64,000 bases of DNA from Clostridiales bacterium. Lineage in GTDB: Bacteria; Bacillota; Clostridia; Saccharofermentanales; Saccharofermentanaceae. Made by a program: the position numbers and the translations under genes. This document shows, piece by piece, positions 10,865-19,766 of the stretch. Numbering within the stretch: the first letter of the stretch is position 1; every line of letters starts with the position of its first letter. The notes below the pieces were generated by a model. The model saw nothing but the letters and a program-made list of their open reading frames with translations, was not told the origin of the DNA and did no database searches. The stretch lies in contig JAFWDK010000015.1 of assembly GCA_017513085.1 (NCBI GenBank), positions 128,001 through 192,000 on the forward strand, in the 5' to 3' direction.

Positions 10865-11346
10865 TCATCCAGGTTCAATGATTCCGAAAAGCTGACTCGC
10901 AGATGTACAGTTGTACGTTGCCCAGCCATTCTCATCGCTTCTGTCCTTCTTATTGAGCCACGCCGACTTAATTCCGGCCTTATGCGCTCCGACTACATCG
11001 GGATATTCCGTTCACTGCATTGCTGAAGGAATCTTTCAATTTCCGGATCCAGTTCGAATTCATTGCACTGCATCAGGAAATCGGCTTCTTCCTCCGCATT
11101 CATATCGACCTTATCCCCACCGAATTTCTGCGCATAAAGAGGCAGTTCTTCTTTCACGAAAGGATACTCTTCCCCGTTTTTGTGTTTCTCCATCAGCACC
11201 TGGAACAGGTCCTCGCCGTATTTCTTTATGTCCTCGAACGGACATTTGTCCTGGTAGTAGTCTTTCCAGAACTCATAAAGACAACGGTTAAAATCCATAC
11301 TCTTTGTGTTAAGAAGAGTTTCAAAATAGTCGAAGATCAGAATCAT
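10865..11346 (-). pseudogene. HAD hydrolase pseudogene with internal deletion and frameshift
   Basis: N-terminus MILIFDYFETL...ERNIPM*. HAD C-terminus DVVGAHKAGIKSAWLN...EPG* continues in another frame from 10999. Central HAD motifs are absent. Confidence 0.75.
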
Positions 11347-11980
11347 AATCTGTTGCTCTCCTGCCATTGATTCAGCCAGTACAGCTGATAGTCGATAAAC
11401 TGTTCATCGATGCAGTCTATTCCATGTACTTCCAGTATCGTGGCCTGAAGCTGGAAATGCCGGATCGCTACCCAATCCGGAAAAGAAAGCACTTCTTCAA
11501 GGCTGAGTGCATGGTATTTCGAATACCCGGAAAGAAACTTCTGATACACTTCTTTGGTAAGCTCGATGTCCTCCGGTTTCAACATGAAATAGTCCGTCAT
11601 ATCGCACATCACCATGATATCAAACATGATGGGCGCACGGCAGACCGTATCAAAGTCGATAAGGTAGATCTTTCCATCCGGACTTTTAAGAAGATTTCCT
11701 CTATGCAGATCCCCGTGACAGTTCCCGCAAGGAAGATCGCGTCCCCGTCTTTCGTCAGTATCGTCTTGGGAACCGGGAATCCACAGCCTTCCAGATATCT
11801 CATAATAGAAACCGACTGCATTGCAGTATCGGAAAAAGCAGAACTAATAACCTTAAGGAGAAATTTCCCCTTCCCATTCACAACATAGGTGTGGGTGCCT
11901 CCTTCTCGCAGAAATTCCAGAGAAGGGGACTCGATTCCATATTTATCCGTTAGTATCTCTTGTAGTGTTCTTTCGTCCAT
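11343..11980 (-). pseudogene. APH/homoserine kinase-type phosphotransferase pseudogene with internal deletion
   Basis: N-lobe (FLLKV, GFPVPK) jumps at about 11735 to a different frame carrying CHGDLHRGN and IDFD. Confidence 0.8.
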
Positions 11981-12016
11981 GATCGTTGTTCTTCATCCTT
12001 GCTTTCTCCGACGAAC

Positions 12017-12778
12017 TCAATCCGTCACATAGCACGCGAGTTCCAGAGCGATATCAAAGTGTCCCGGGTCGTGCTGTGTATGTTTCTTCTGGTTTTTCTC
12101 CATCCTTGCATCCCACTTCGGTGCATCGAGAAGATCTCCACAGGTAAGAAAATAGTAAACGTTCAATCCTCTGAAATCACACATGGCCTGCACCGAGGCA
12201 CACTCCATCTCAACAGAGATACAACCTTCACTCTTTCTCTTTTCAAAATTCCCTCTGGTTTCACGGTGCGGAGCGTCCGTTGTCCATGTCTTTCCCTGAA
12301 TATATGGAAGGCCTGCCTCTTCCATGAATGCGGCCACTACATCGCTGTTTTTCACATCGATATAATCCGATGCCGGAGCGAAATGATACGATGTTCCTTC
12401 GTCACGATAGGCCGCTGTCGGAACCATGACCTTGCCTCTTGCGATCTCTTTATTCAGACATCCGCTTCCACCGAAAACGATGTATTTTTTCGTGTAGATA
12501 ATAGACATAGTATCTTCCATATCGCCCACACAACCGGGTCCTCCGATAAAGGACAAATACACGGCAAATTCTTTTCCCTTGTACGTAAAACCATATATCG
12601 GTTTGGGACCATTCGAGGAGTACAGATCTCCTATTTTTGCGCAGTCAAATGCTTCCAGTACATACCGGAAGATCTCATTTGAAAAAGTCAGGATACACGC
12701 ATCCACTTTCTTGGCATCTTCGTTCTTCCAGACCTTAATGATCTCCTCTGTTTTGTTATCAAATGAATCCGTGATCAT
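12017..12778 (-). CDS. Nucleoside phosphorylase (PNP/UDP family)
   Basis: FGGSG, YRDEGTSYHF, WTTDA, VEMECA. Confidence 0.88.
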   Translation of the reverse strand: MITDSFDNKTEEIIKVWKNEDAKKVDACILTFSNEIFRYVLEAFDCAKIGDLYSSNGPKPIYGFTYKGKEFAVYLSFIGGPGCVGDMEDTMSIIYTKKYIVFGGSGCLNKEIARGKVMVPTAAYRDEGTSYHFAPASDYIDVKNSDVVAAFMEEAGLPYIQGKTWTTDAPHRETRGNFEKRKSEGCISVEMECASVQAMCDFRGLNVYYFLTCGDLLDAPKWDARMEKNQKKHTQHDPGHFDIALELACYVTD

Positions 12779-12861
12779 GACTCATCACCTCCACAATAGA
12801 TATCCGATACGGAAAACAAAACTGCTTTTCCCCGTCTTTGCATGCTTCCTTAACTATAGGC

Positions 12862-13746
12862 TTATTCAGTCCCCTTCCGTCTTTTCAGCTCTTCAGCCAT
12901 CCAGCCGGTCATCCCTTTCGGGAGCCGCGGATCCATCGGAGTCCCGTCCAAAAACATAAGGTTCGACTGCACACCGTTCATCAGGCAATGCTGACCCATC
13001 TCGAAGCCGAAGTTGATCGAAGCGATGCCCTTGTCCGCATTTCTAACCCAATCCGGGGTATAGATGAAACTGTTTTTCATCCTTTCCATACGTGCGCGCC
13101 TTGCCTCGATTTTCTCGTGGCTTACGATTTCATCGCGTATACCGTCGGCAAAGAATAGTGTAACACCATTTCTTTCCAGCTCGTCTATCACGTCATCATC
13201 CGGGATCGCATCGGTTCCGACGGGAACCAGCACATCAAATTTATCCGGGGCATGTGTCGCCAGCGCAAACGTGAACCTCGCGCCGGCAGAATTTCCCAGC
13301 AAGAACTTCACGCCGACACCGTCTGTATGTTTCTCTTCAAAAACATTGATCAATTTCATGACCGGGTCGATATAAGTTTCATCCCAACTGCCCGCATAGC
13401 CGCCACTCTCTAACCTGTATTCATTTGCAATCGGGATCAGGATATATGCACCACCAAGAGTCTTTTGGTACTCATCCGAAGCATAGTATTCCGCACCCGT
13501 ATAGTTAATGCAGAGCTCACCAACCAGCGCATTCGATCCTCCGTGCAGGAAGATAAGGAGCGGATAGTCCTTTTTCTTCGGGAAACCATGCTCAGAAGGA
13601 TCGAAGAAATAGTACTTCAGTCCTTCCGCCTGATCATTCCTAAAGCGGTCGAAATACTTACCTGTTTCATACGATGGTTCTGTGGAAATAAAAGCACCTT
13701 CAGGGATCTCATCGATCCAGGGGGGAGTTGGAGTAGCCATAATCAT
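12862..13746 (-). CDS. alpha/beta-fold esterase or peptidase
   Basis: YPLLIFLHGG and GNSAG nucleophile. Confidence 0.75.
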   Translation of the reverse strand: MIMATPTPPWIDEIPEGAFISTEPSYETGKYFDRFRNDQAEGLKYYFFDPSEHGFPKKKDYPLLIFLHGGSNALVGELCINYTGAEYYASDEYQKTLGGAYILIPIANEYRLESGGYAGSWDETYIDPVMKLINVFEEKHTDGVGVKFLLGNSAGARFTFALATHAPDKFDVLVPVGTDAIPDDDVIDELERNGVTLFFADGIRDEIVSHEKIEARRARMERMKNSFIYTPDWVRNADKGIASINFGFEMGQHCLMNGVQSNLMFLDGTPMDPRLPKGMTGWMAEELKRRKGTE

Positions 13747-13878
13747 CTATGTCCTTTCTTTGCCTGTTTGTTGAATAATACACCATCGGAACCGGAGTGT
13801 TCAATTTCATCCGTTACCACTTTCTGATACCACTTCAAGTCATACCATCTGTCGAATTTGTATTTGCTTTTGTCTTAT
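13743..13878 (-). pseudogene. Collapsed GNAT (phosphinothricin acetyltransferase-like) remnant
   Basis: GAGGTAGG RBS, ATA-RQKQIQIR, then another frame reading YKFDRWYDLKWYQK...GHR*, whose TGA overlaps the esterase ATG. Confidence 0.6.
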
Positions 13879-13954
13879 ACCTACCTCACAGTTATATTGA
13901 ACTGCGTAGAAAGGAAGATCACAAGAACTTGCAAGTATAATACTCTTCTCAGAC

Positions 13955-13963
13955 TTATCCACA
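13955..13963 (+). promoter_or_regulatory. Perfect DnaA box TTATCCACA
   Basis: Exact consensus in intergenic DNA. Confidence 0.35.
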
Positions 13964-13990
13964 AGGTGATCTCATTATCTTTCGTCTTGA

Positions 13991-14221
13991 TCAGTCTGCA
14001 TAACTGCATCCGGATCTTTCCGGTCCGTCATTTCCGGAAACATAACGGGCATTAAACTCCATGTTGATTTCACGGATCTCTTTCTTTCCGTCAATATAGT
14101 CCTGATACATCTCGGCAAGCCCGGCCATGCAGCCGTCACACGCACCATCAATGTTTCCCAGCGACTCCTTAACGATCCTTTCGCGTTCTTCTCTTGTCGT
14201 ATCTTTAATCAGAATGCTCAT
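13991..14221 (-). CDS. Small hypothetical protein with CxxC
   Basis: MSILIKDTTREER...CDGC...MYQDYIDGKKE; GAGG RBS. Confidence 0.7.
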   Translation of the reverse strand: MSILIKDTTREERERIVKESLGNIDGACDGCMAGLAEMYQDYIDGKKEIREINMEFNARYVSGNDGPERSGCSYAD

Positions 14222-14238
14222 TCTCATTTCCTCTCTCC

Positions 14239-14967
14239 TCATTCAGCAGGTGATTCCGTTTTCAGACGGATCAGATTGAATAGTTCGATGATGTACTTTC
14301 TCCTGGTATTCAGGACACAACCTTCCGGATTATCGGGGCGTACGAATTGAATTGTCTGTAATTCGTTATCGTGCGAATTACGCATAAACATATCTTCCAG
14401 TTCTTTTCTGGTATGATCCGTTTTCACTTCGTAGAGGAGACCGACAGGGGAATAATACTCATCGTCGGAACTGGTCTTAAGATACTTCAGTTCATATCGG
14501 AAATGCTCGTCAGTGATATCAATACCCATCTCTTCTTTGCTCTCTCTGATGAGGCAAAGTTCAGGAACAAACCGGCCATCTTTGAAGTCGTCTTTTGATG
14601 CCAAACCACCAATAAGATTGATCTGATTTTCCCAGTCCACAGCGAGGCAATAGTATCCGTCGCTTGTGAGGATGTAGCCACCCGAGAACAGGCTTCTTGT
14701 CAGGATGTTGCCGACATATTTACTGTAGAAAGCCTCGTAGTAATTGATCCATCCGATACGAAGTTTCAAGCCATCTTCAGTCTCTTCTTTATCGAAAAGA
14801 TTCAGGATCTTTTCGCTGAACGCAGAAGGATTATGAAAGCAGTGCTTTTTCCACACGGTCTCGATATCTTCTCGGAATCGGGTGAACGGGTCCGCCGTTT
14901 CGATGATCTCAAATTCTACGTTTTTCACTTCGCGTATCACGGTCCGCGTTGTTGCTCCCTTTGTCAC
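14239..14967 (-). CDS. NUDIX-like hypothetical protein
   Basis: IGG...CLIRESKEEMGI resembles a Nudix box. Confidence 0.6.
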   Translation of the reverse strand: MTKGATTRTVIREVKNVEFEIIETADPFTRFREDIETVWKKHCFHNPSAFSEKILNLFDKEETEDGLKLRIGWINYYEAFYSKYVGNILTRSLFSGGYILTSDGYYCLAVDWENQINLIGGLASKDDFKDGRFVPELCLIRESKEEMGIDITDEHFRYELKYLKTSSDDEYYSPVGLLYEVKTDHTRKELEDMFMRNSHDNELQTIQFVRPDNPEGCVLNTRRKYIIELFNLIRLKTESPAE

Positions 14968-15042
14968 TTCTATTTTTCTGAAAACTTGTCTTTATCCATG
15001 CCCGCTTTTATAGTTAGTTTTGTTAAAAGATAGCGGTCTTTG

Positions 15043-15306
15043 TTAAAACATCCGAATTACGTTCTTTTCAAAAAGAGAATCTGCTACGCCTTTCTTACAC
15101 GTATTGCATAGCCAGAATGACATGGAGTCAAATTGACCGGGTTCGAAGTCGGGGTTACCAAAAACCTTCGCTCCCTTCTTCTTTACCCTGATATCAGGTA
15201 CATATCTTGTAGGTTTTTCCCCATCCGGATACCACGGAAATCCACTTCCCTGACCGGAATATAAAAAGCCATGAACCATTTCTTCTCCACAAAACGGACA
15301 TTTCAT
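15043..15306 (-). CDS. Small zinc-ribbon protein (DUF6487-like)
   Basis: MKCPFCGEEM...CNTCKK. Confidence 0.7.
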   Translation of the reverse strand: MKCPFCGEEMVHGFLYSGQGSGFPWYPDGEKPTRYVPDIRVKKKGAKVFGNPDFEPGQFDSMSFWLCNTCKKGVADSLFEKNVIRMF

Positions 15307-15409
15307 AATATTCAGCTTCCTTATCCTATATCATTAATCCAACAAAGGACCTTCTTTTGTCCCAATCATTATACCATTTTGTAAATAGCGCGGCTCTACT
15401 ATTAATACG

Positions 15410-15973
15410 CTATGCCATTGCATTTCCATCGTTAAAGAAACTACTAATATCTATAACTCCTTGAACGGTTTTCTCATCCCGGATCGCCGGCACGCTGTTC
15501 GTGTTATGACTAGATACCAGCTCGTGAATATCACGACAGTTCATGTGATGCAGAAGTGTGCACGCCGTTCCAAATGCTTTTTCCATATTGCCGTCCCCAC
15601 CACCAACCAGAATGACTGCGCCTTTCTTCACTTTCGGAATCGGTTTTTCTTTTCGAAAAGCACTGGCACAGAAGTATGTCTGTAAACGGCTTCCGACATC
15701 AAGTGTTTTTCCTGTCAGTTCCGAAAAATACACCGGAGATGCAATCAGTATGTTGTCACAGTCCTGTATATACTCATACACCTGCTGCATTTCATCGTTA
15801 ATGGCACAGCCCGGATTCGTCCAGCAATACCGGCAATCCATACACGGTGAGATATCGCATCGGTATGCATTCACGATCTTAATTTCACCTTGAAGTTTAG
15901 AAACAATCAAGTCAATAAGATTGGCGGTATCACCTGATACTCTTGGTGACCCATTGAAAATTAATGTCTTCAA
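15410..15973 (-). CDS. Flavodoxin family / iron-sulfur flavoprotein
   Basis: NGSPR...T, CMDCRYC...C, ASPVY. TTG start after GGAGG. Confidence 0.88.
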   Translation of the reverse strand: MKTLIFNGSPRVSGDTANLIDLIVSKLQGEIKIVNAYRCDISPCMDCRYCWTNPGCAINDEMQQVYEYIQDCDNILIASPVYFSELTGKTLDVGSRLQTYFCASAFRKEKPIPKVKKGAVILVGGGDGNMEKAFGTACTLLHHMNCRDIHELVSSHNTNSVPAIRDEKTVQGVIDISSFFNDGNAMA

Positions 15974-16034
15974 GATATTGCCTCCGCACTATGATTCTAG
16001 AATAATTGATTTGGTGAAGTCGCAAATAAAGATA

Positions 16035-16337
16035 GTGATTGGTGTTATAAGTTTTACCGTCTAGGGCAGTTATTCGAAATTTTCGAATAACTGAATTTTC
16101 CTGCAATTCACTGTCTGCAAGGATCTTCTTAATATGATAATTGATAGTATTAGGCTCAACATCATAAAGCTGCGCCATTAGTTTCTGCGTAAGCCAGATA
16201 TTCTCATCCTCATAACGCATCTCAATCCCGGTATCTTCACCATCGGTTCCGGTAGATGCAATATAAGTAAGATATTCCGATGCGCTTGATCTTACAGACA
16301 ATCCTTCTTTTTTCTTGTTTTTATTCGCGTCAGACAT
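16035..16337 (-). pseudogene. Truncated RhuM-family protein (N-terminal about 100 aa)
   Basis: EDENIWLTQKLMAQLYDV...INYHIKKI...VIRKFRITALDGKTYNTNHY. Similarity then stops and the frame runs into the flavodoxin upstream region. Confidence 0.75.
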
Positions 16338-16571
16338 AGATTCGAATACCATCCTTTAGTATTTCGTCTGTTAATTCTATATTGTTCTTTAGCTGGTCTA
16401 AATCCAGAACATCCACTCGTTTATGCAAAACTTCTCTAAGTTTCTCAACCATTCATAAAACTTCAGACCCTTGACATCAGATGAAATCAGAAGATCCACA
16501 TCACTGGATTCGCGAGCCTTTCCCTTGGCATACGATCCGAATAGAATACAATAATGAACCGGATACTCATC
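16330..16571 (-). pseudogene. Partial, frameshifted second copy of the MNT antitoxin gene
   Basis: 16335-16571 aligns to 22743-22980 with about 31 differences in 238 nt by hand count, including a 1-nt deletion. Encodes DEYPVHYCILFGSYAKG...SDVD. Confidence 0.85.
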
Positions 16572-16580
16572 TCTGACTAT

Positions 16581-17435
16581 TCACAGATCCCAATCCTCTG
16601 CCAGATCCTGATCGCTGACATGCATTTTTATATAGTCGGCATATGTGTATAAAGGCGTCGGGAACACATCGCTGACCCCCATGGAAACATCGGCGTCGTT
16701 CATAATCTGAAGCACTTCTTCATACGAATAATCACTTCCGAGATACATCACAAGAAGATAAGAAACATCATCGCAGAAGATCCCGACTTCCTTGTCGTAG
16801 GCAAATCCTTCCGGCTTATACATGATATAGCCGGGTTTTCCGTCCACTTCTACGATCTCATAGCGTTCCGCTTTCTCCACGGGAAAAGCAAGCATACCAT
16901 CCTGATCTAGCATAACCAGAAATGGTGAGATGCCGAGATTCTCTCCCTCTTTCTCGAATTTGTTTGTATCTCCCGGATTCCGTGTTACCCCATCCGGCAA
17001 AGATTTCCATTCGACATGAGCAGGAGGTATATCTATGCGGGAACCATCCATATATGTCATCACATACTGCGTTTTCCCGTCCTTCTCGATGGCCTCCGTC
17101 AAGCTTCTCTGGCTTCTTTGCCCCACGCTTTTCCGGTCGTCCTCTGCCGGTGTATATACCACAAATGTATATTGCATCAGATCTATTCTCTTTTCTATAC
17201 TGAGTGTGGGTCCGCCCGATTCATTTTCTTTTAGGAAATAATATATAGATCTTTCCTCTTCTGATTCTTCCGTCGCGATCGATTCCACGTCATCCGACAT
17301 ACTGACCCCGGTCTGTGTCCCGCTTACCGAAAGGCTGTCCGTTACAGAAGATTCCCGGCTCACTTGCTTAGAACAAGCTGACACGAATGTAGACAGTATA
17401 AGCAGAACCGCCAGCATATTCATTCTATTTTTCAT
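16581..17435 (-). CDS. Lipoprotein homologous to the neighbouring anti-sigma ectodomain
   Basis: Signal peptide with VSAC lipobox, Ser-rich linker, then a domain colinear with 17435..18331. Confidence 0.75.
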   Translation of the reverse strand: MKNRMNMLAVLLILSTFVSACSKQVSRESSVTDSLSVSGTQTGVSMSDDVESIATEESEEERSIYYFLKENESGGPTLSIEKRIDLMQYTFVVYTPAEDDRKSVGQRSQRSLTEAIEKDGKTQYVMTYMDGSRIDIPPAHVEWKSLPDGVTRNPGDTNKFEKEGENLGISPFLVMLDQDGMLAFPVEKAERYEIVEVDGKPGYIMYKPEGFAYDKEVGIFCDDVSYLLVMYLGSDYSYEEVLQIMNDADVSMGVSDVFPTPLYTYADYIKMHVSDQDLAEDWDL

Positions 17436-18331
17436 CATGCTCCGCCTCCCCACATTTTCACAAACTCTTCATAGGTCATAATGATCGCCGGCATCTCGGC
17501 AAATCCCTCTTCACAGTATGGTTTCTCCTCCACCACGACGCCGGCCAGGATCTTTTCGATCTCCTCCTCACTGATTTCTTTTCCAACAAACATATCAAGC
17601 ATGAGGTTCCGGTCCTCAAGAAGCATTCCCACCTCGCAGAACCCATTTGTCTTATATACGGCAAAAGCACTGTGCCCGTTGACTTCAAATGTTTTTACAT
17701 CGGTACCTCCTCTATAAGGGAACTCCCATTTCTGATCTTCATCCAGAATGACCAGTACCGGCGTAATCCCCAAATCCCCTGAAACCGTTTCGTATTTTTG
17801 CGGTTCTAGCGGATTCCTTCGGATTCCTTCAGGAAGATAGGAAAACGTTAGAAAATAGAAGTCTTCTTTCGACATATCGACTTCGATTCTCGTTCTTTGA
17901 TTTCCTTCTTCGATCCATGCTTCCTTTCTGGGAAAATACCTGAATGATCCATCCGGATTCTCCTGCACTTCGATAACGGTCTGCCAAATAATTGTTGTCG
18001 ATTCTTTCGTCGGTTCGAAACCTGTATTTTCCTCTGTAGAAGATGTTCTTTCCTTCGCTACGACAACTGTCAGATAACTCTCGCTGTTCGTGTCTTTCTT
18101 AAATGAGATCCGATATAGGCTTGAGACGGCAAATATCGTCACGGGCACCAACATAACAAGGATACATATAACCGCCGCTGTCAGGAACCATCTCCATCTT
18201 GACGTTCCATAGTGCTCCTCGGGTTGCGTCATCTTCGTTATTTCAGCCTTCTCCAGTATCCGTGTTTTCAAGTTTTCAGATAGGCGGACATCTTTCAATT
18301 CTTCATCGATTTTTCTTTTTAGATCATTCAT
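17435..18331 (-). CDS. Putative anti-sigma factor (single TM, extracellular domain)
   Basis: Short helical N-terminus, one TM (WFLTAAVICILVMLVPVTIFA), overlaps the ECF sigma stop. Confidence 0.7.
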   Translation of the reverse strand: MNDLKRKIDEELKDVRLSENLKTRILEKAEITKMTQPEEHYGTSRWRWFLTAAVICILVMLVPVTIFAVSSLYRISFKKDTNSESYLTVVVAKERTSSTEENTGFEPTKESTTIIWQTVIEVQENPDGSFRYFPRKEAWIEEGNQRTRIEVDMSKEDFYFLTFSYLPEGIRRNPLEPQKYETVSGDLGITPVLVILDEDQKWEFPYRGGTDVKTFEVNGHSAFAVYKTNGFCEVGMLLEDRNLMLDMFVGKEISEEEIEKILAGVVVEEKPYCEEGFAEMPAIIMTYEEFVKMWGGGA

Positions 18332-18806
18332 CGTCAAACACCTCCTTCAGTTCCGAGCGAAGCAAATCTCTCGCCCGTTTCAGACGTGTCTTAATCGTTG
18401 CCTCCGATTCACCCAGGATCTCCGCGATCTCGGCAAGTTTCAGTTCCTGATAATAATGAAGAAGAATGACCTCTTTGTACTTCGGCGGAAGATCTGCGAT
18501 CTTCCCGGATATCACATAGCGTTCCTCAGAAGAGAGACCCGGCTCCGGCGCAGTCGTTTCCGGAAGCTCTTCATCGGCCCGGTGTCTCATCCATGGATCC
18601 GTCAGCATGTCCTTACAGACATTGATCGCGATGCGTGTGATCCATGTTTTGACCGATGCTTTCCCTTGAAAATCACTTTGGTGCCGGAATGCCCGCAGAA
18701 ATGTTTCCTGAACCGCATCCTCTGCCATCGCATGATCCTTGAGATACAAGAGACACATGCGAAGCAGCCCATCACCATATTCATTTACGATTCGTTCCAG
18801 ATCCAA
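18324..18806 (-). CDS. ECF RNA polymerase sigma factor
   Basis: AEDAVQETF, WITRIAINVCKD, TIKTRLKRAR. Confidence 0.92.
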   Translation of the reverse strand: MDLERIVNEYGDGLLRMCLLYLKDHAMAEDAVQETFLRAFRHQSDFQGKASVKTWITRIAINVCKDMLTDPWMRHRADEELPETTAPEPGLSSEERYVISGKIADLPPKYKEVILLHYYQELKLAEIAEILGESEATIKTRLKRARDLLRSELKEVFDDE

Positions 18807-18856
18807 CCGGCCGTCCTCCCGAAGAACAAGATTATCGTTCCTCTTCTATTCTATAC

Positions 18857-18887
18857 ATTAGACGGTCAAAAGAGAAAAAAGGTGACA
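18857..18887 (-). promoter_or_regulatory. Putative ECF autoregulatory promoter TGTCAC-N17-CGTCTAAT
   Basis: ECF-type -35/-10 upstream of the sigma gene; same geometry as 40226-40256. Confidence 0.55.
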
Positions 18888-18991
18888 ATTCTCTATATCA
18901 CAGGCATGATGAAAATATATCCACGAAATGGGCAACTTGGCGAGCAAAAGATAAAGGACTGGAAACGTCCTATTTCCGTCCTTTTCCACCA

Positions 18992-19669
18992 TCACGCCGG
19001 CGTTATCTTATAGCCTCTTCCGTATACTGACTTGATCTTTTTTCCTGAAGAGCCCAGTAGTTTTCTGAGGTTTTTGACGTGATTATCAACTACTCTGTCT
19101 GTACAGAAAGAATCCATTCCCCAGACAAGATCCATAAGCTGATCTCTGGTAAGAACCGTATCGGCATTCTGCATCAGCTGCAGTAGTATTCCATATTCCT
19201 TGGGCGGGAGTTCTACTTCAATGCCGTCTGACGTCACGCGAAGTGTTCTTCTGTCCAATGTAATATCACCACAAGTCAGGATTCTGTCCTTATCCTCTTT
19301 GCGGGCGCGCTTTAAAAGGTTCTTGATCTTGGCACAAAGCTCCTCAACGAGAAAAGGCTTGCATATATAATCATCACAACCCAATTCGTATCCGTATAGC
19401 CTGTCCGAAAGACTTACGCGGGCCGTCAGGAAGATAACGGGGATATCGCTCGTCTTTCTGATCTCGCGCATCAGGGCAAATCCGTCAAGACCGGGTAACA
19501 TAATGTCGAGAAGCAGAAGATCATATTGCGTATTCCTTACCGCATTCAAGCCTTCGATCCCGTCAGATGCGGTATCGAGCGTAAAAACATCGCTCATCGT
19601 TCCTGTGATGTAATCGGATATACCCTCACGGATGTTCGCATCGTCTTCGACCAGTAATACCCTCTGCAT
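18992..19669 (-). CDS. OmpR-family response regulator
   Basis: LVEDD, LLDIMLP, KPF, VDNHVKNLRKLL. Confidence 0.93.
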   Translation of the reverse strand: MQRVLLVEDDANIREGISDYITGTMSDVFTLDTASDGIEGLNAVRNTQYDLLLLDIMLPGLDGFALMREIRKTSDIPVIFLTARVSLSDRLYGYELGCDDYICKPFLVEELCAKIKNLLKRARKEDKDRILTCGDITLDRRTLRVTSDGIEVELPPKEYGILLQLMQNADTVLTRDQLMDLVWGMDSFCTDRVVDNHVKNLRKLLGSSGKKIKSVYGRGYKITPA

Positions 19670-19766
19670 AACCCCTTTTCCTTCCCGGTCCCGAACCGTC
19701 GATCCTTTACATATGATCCTTGAAAAGCACCTACTACCAGATTATATCAAAATATTGCAACCGGTA

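Noticed and set aside
10865-11980. Programmed frameshifting or stop readthrough in the HAD and APH genes
   Set aside because: Rejoining the frames still leaves large conserved segments missing, and there is no slippery site; deletion fits better.
12779-12861. Possible 3' remnant of another gene (KAVLFSVSDIYCGGDES*, ATGA-coupled)
   Set aside because: Too short to assign; counted only as weak support for the array-scar pattern.
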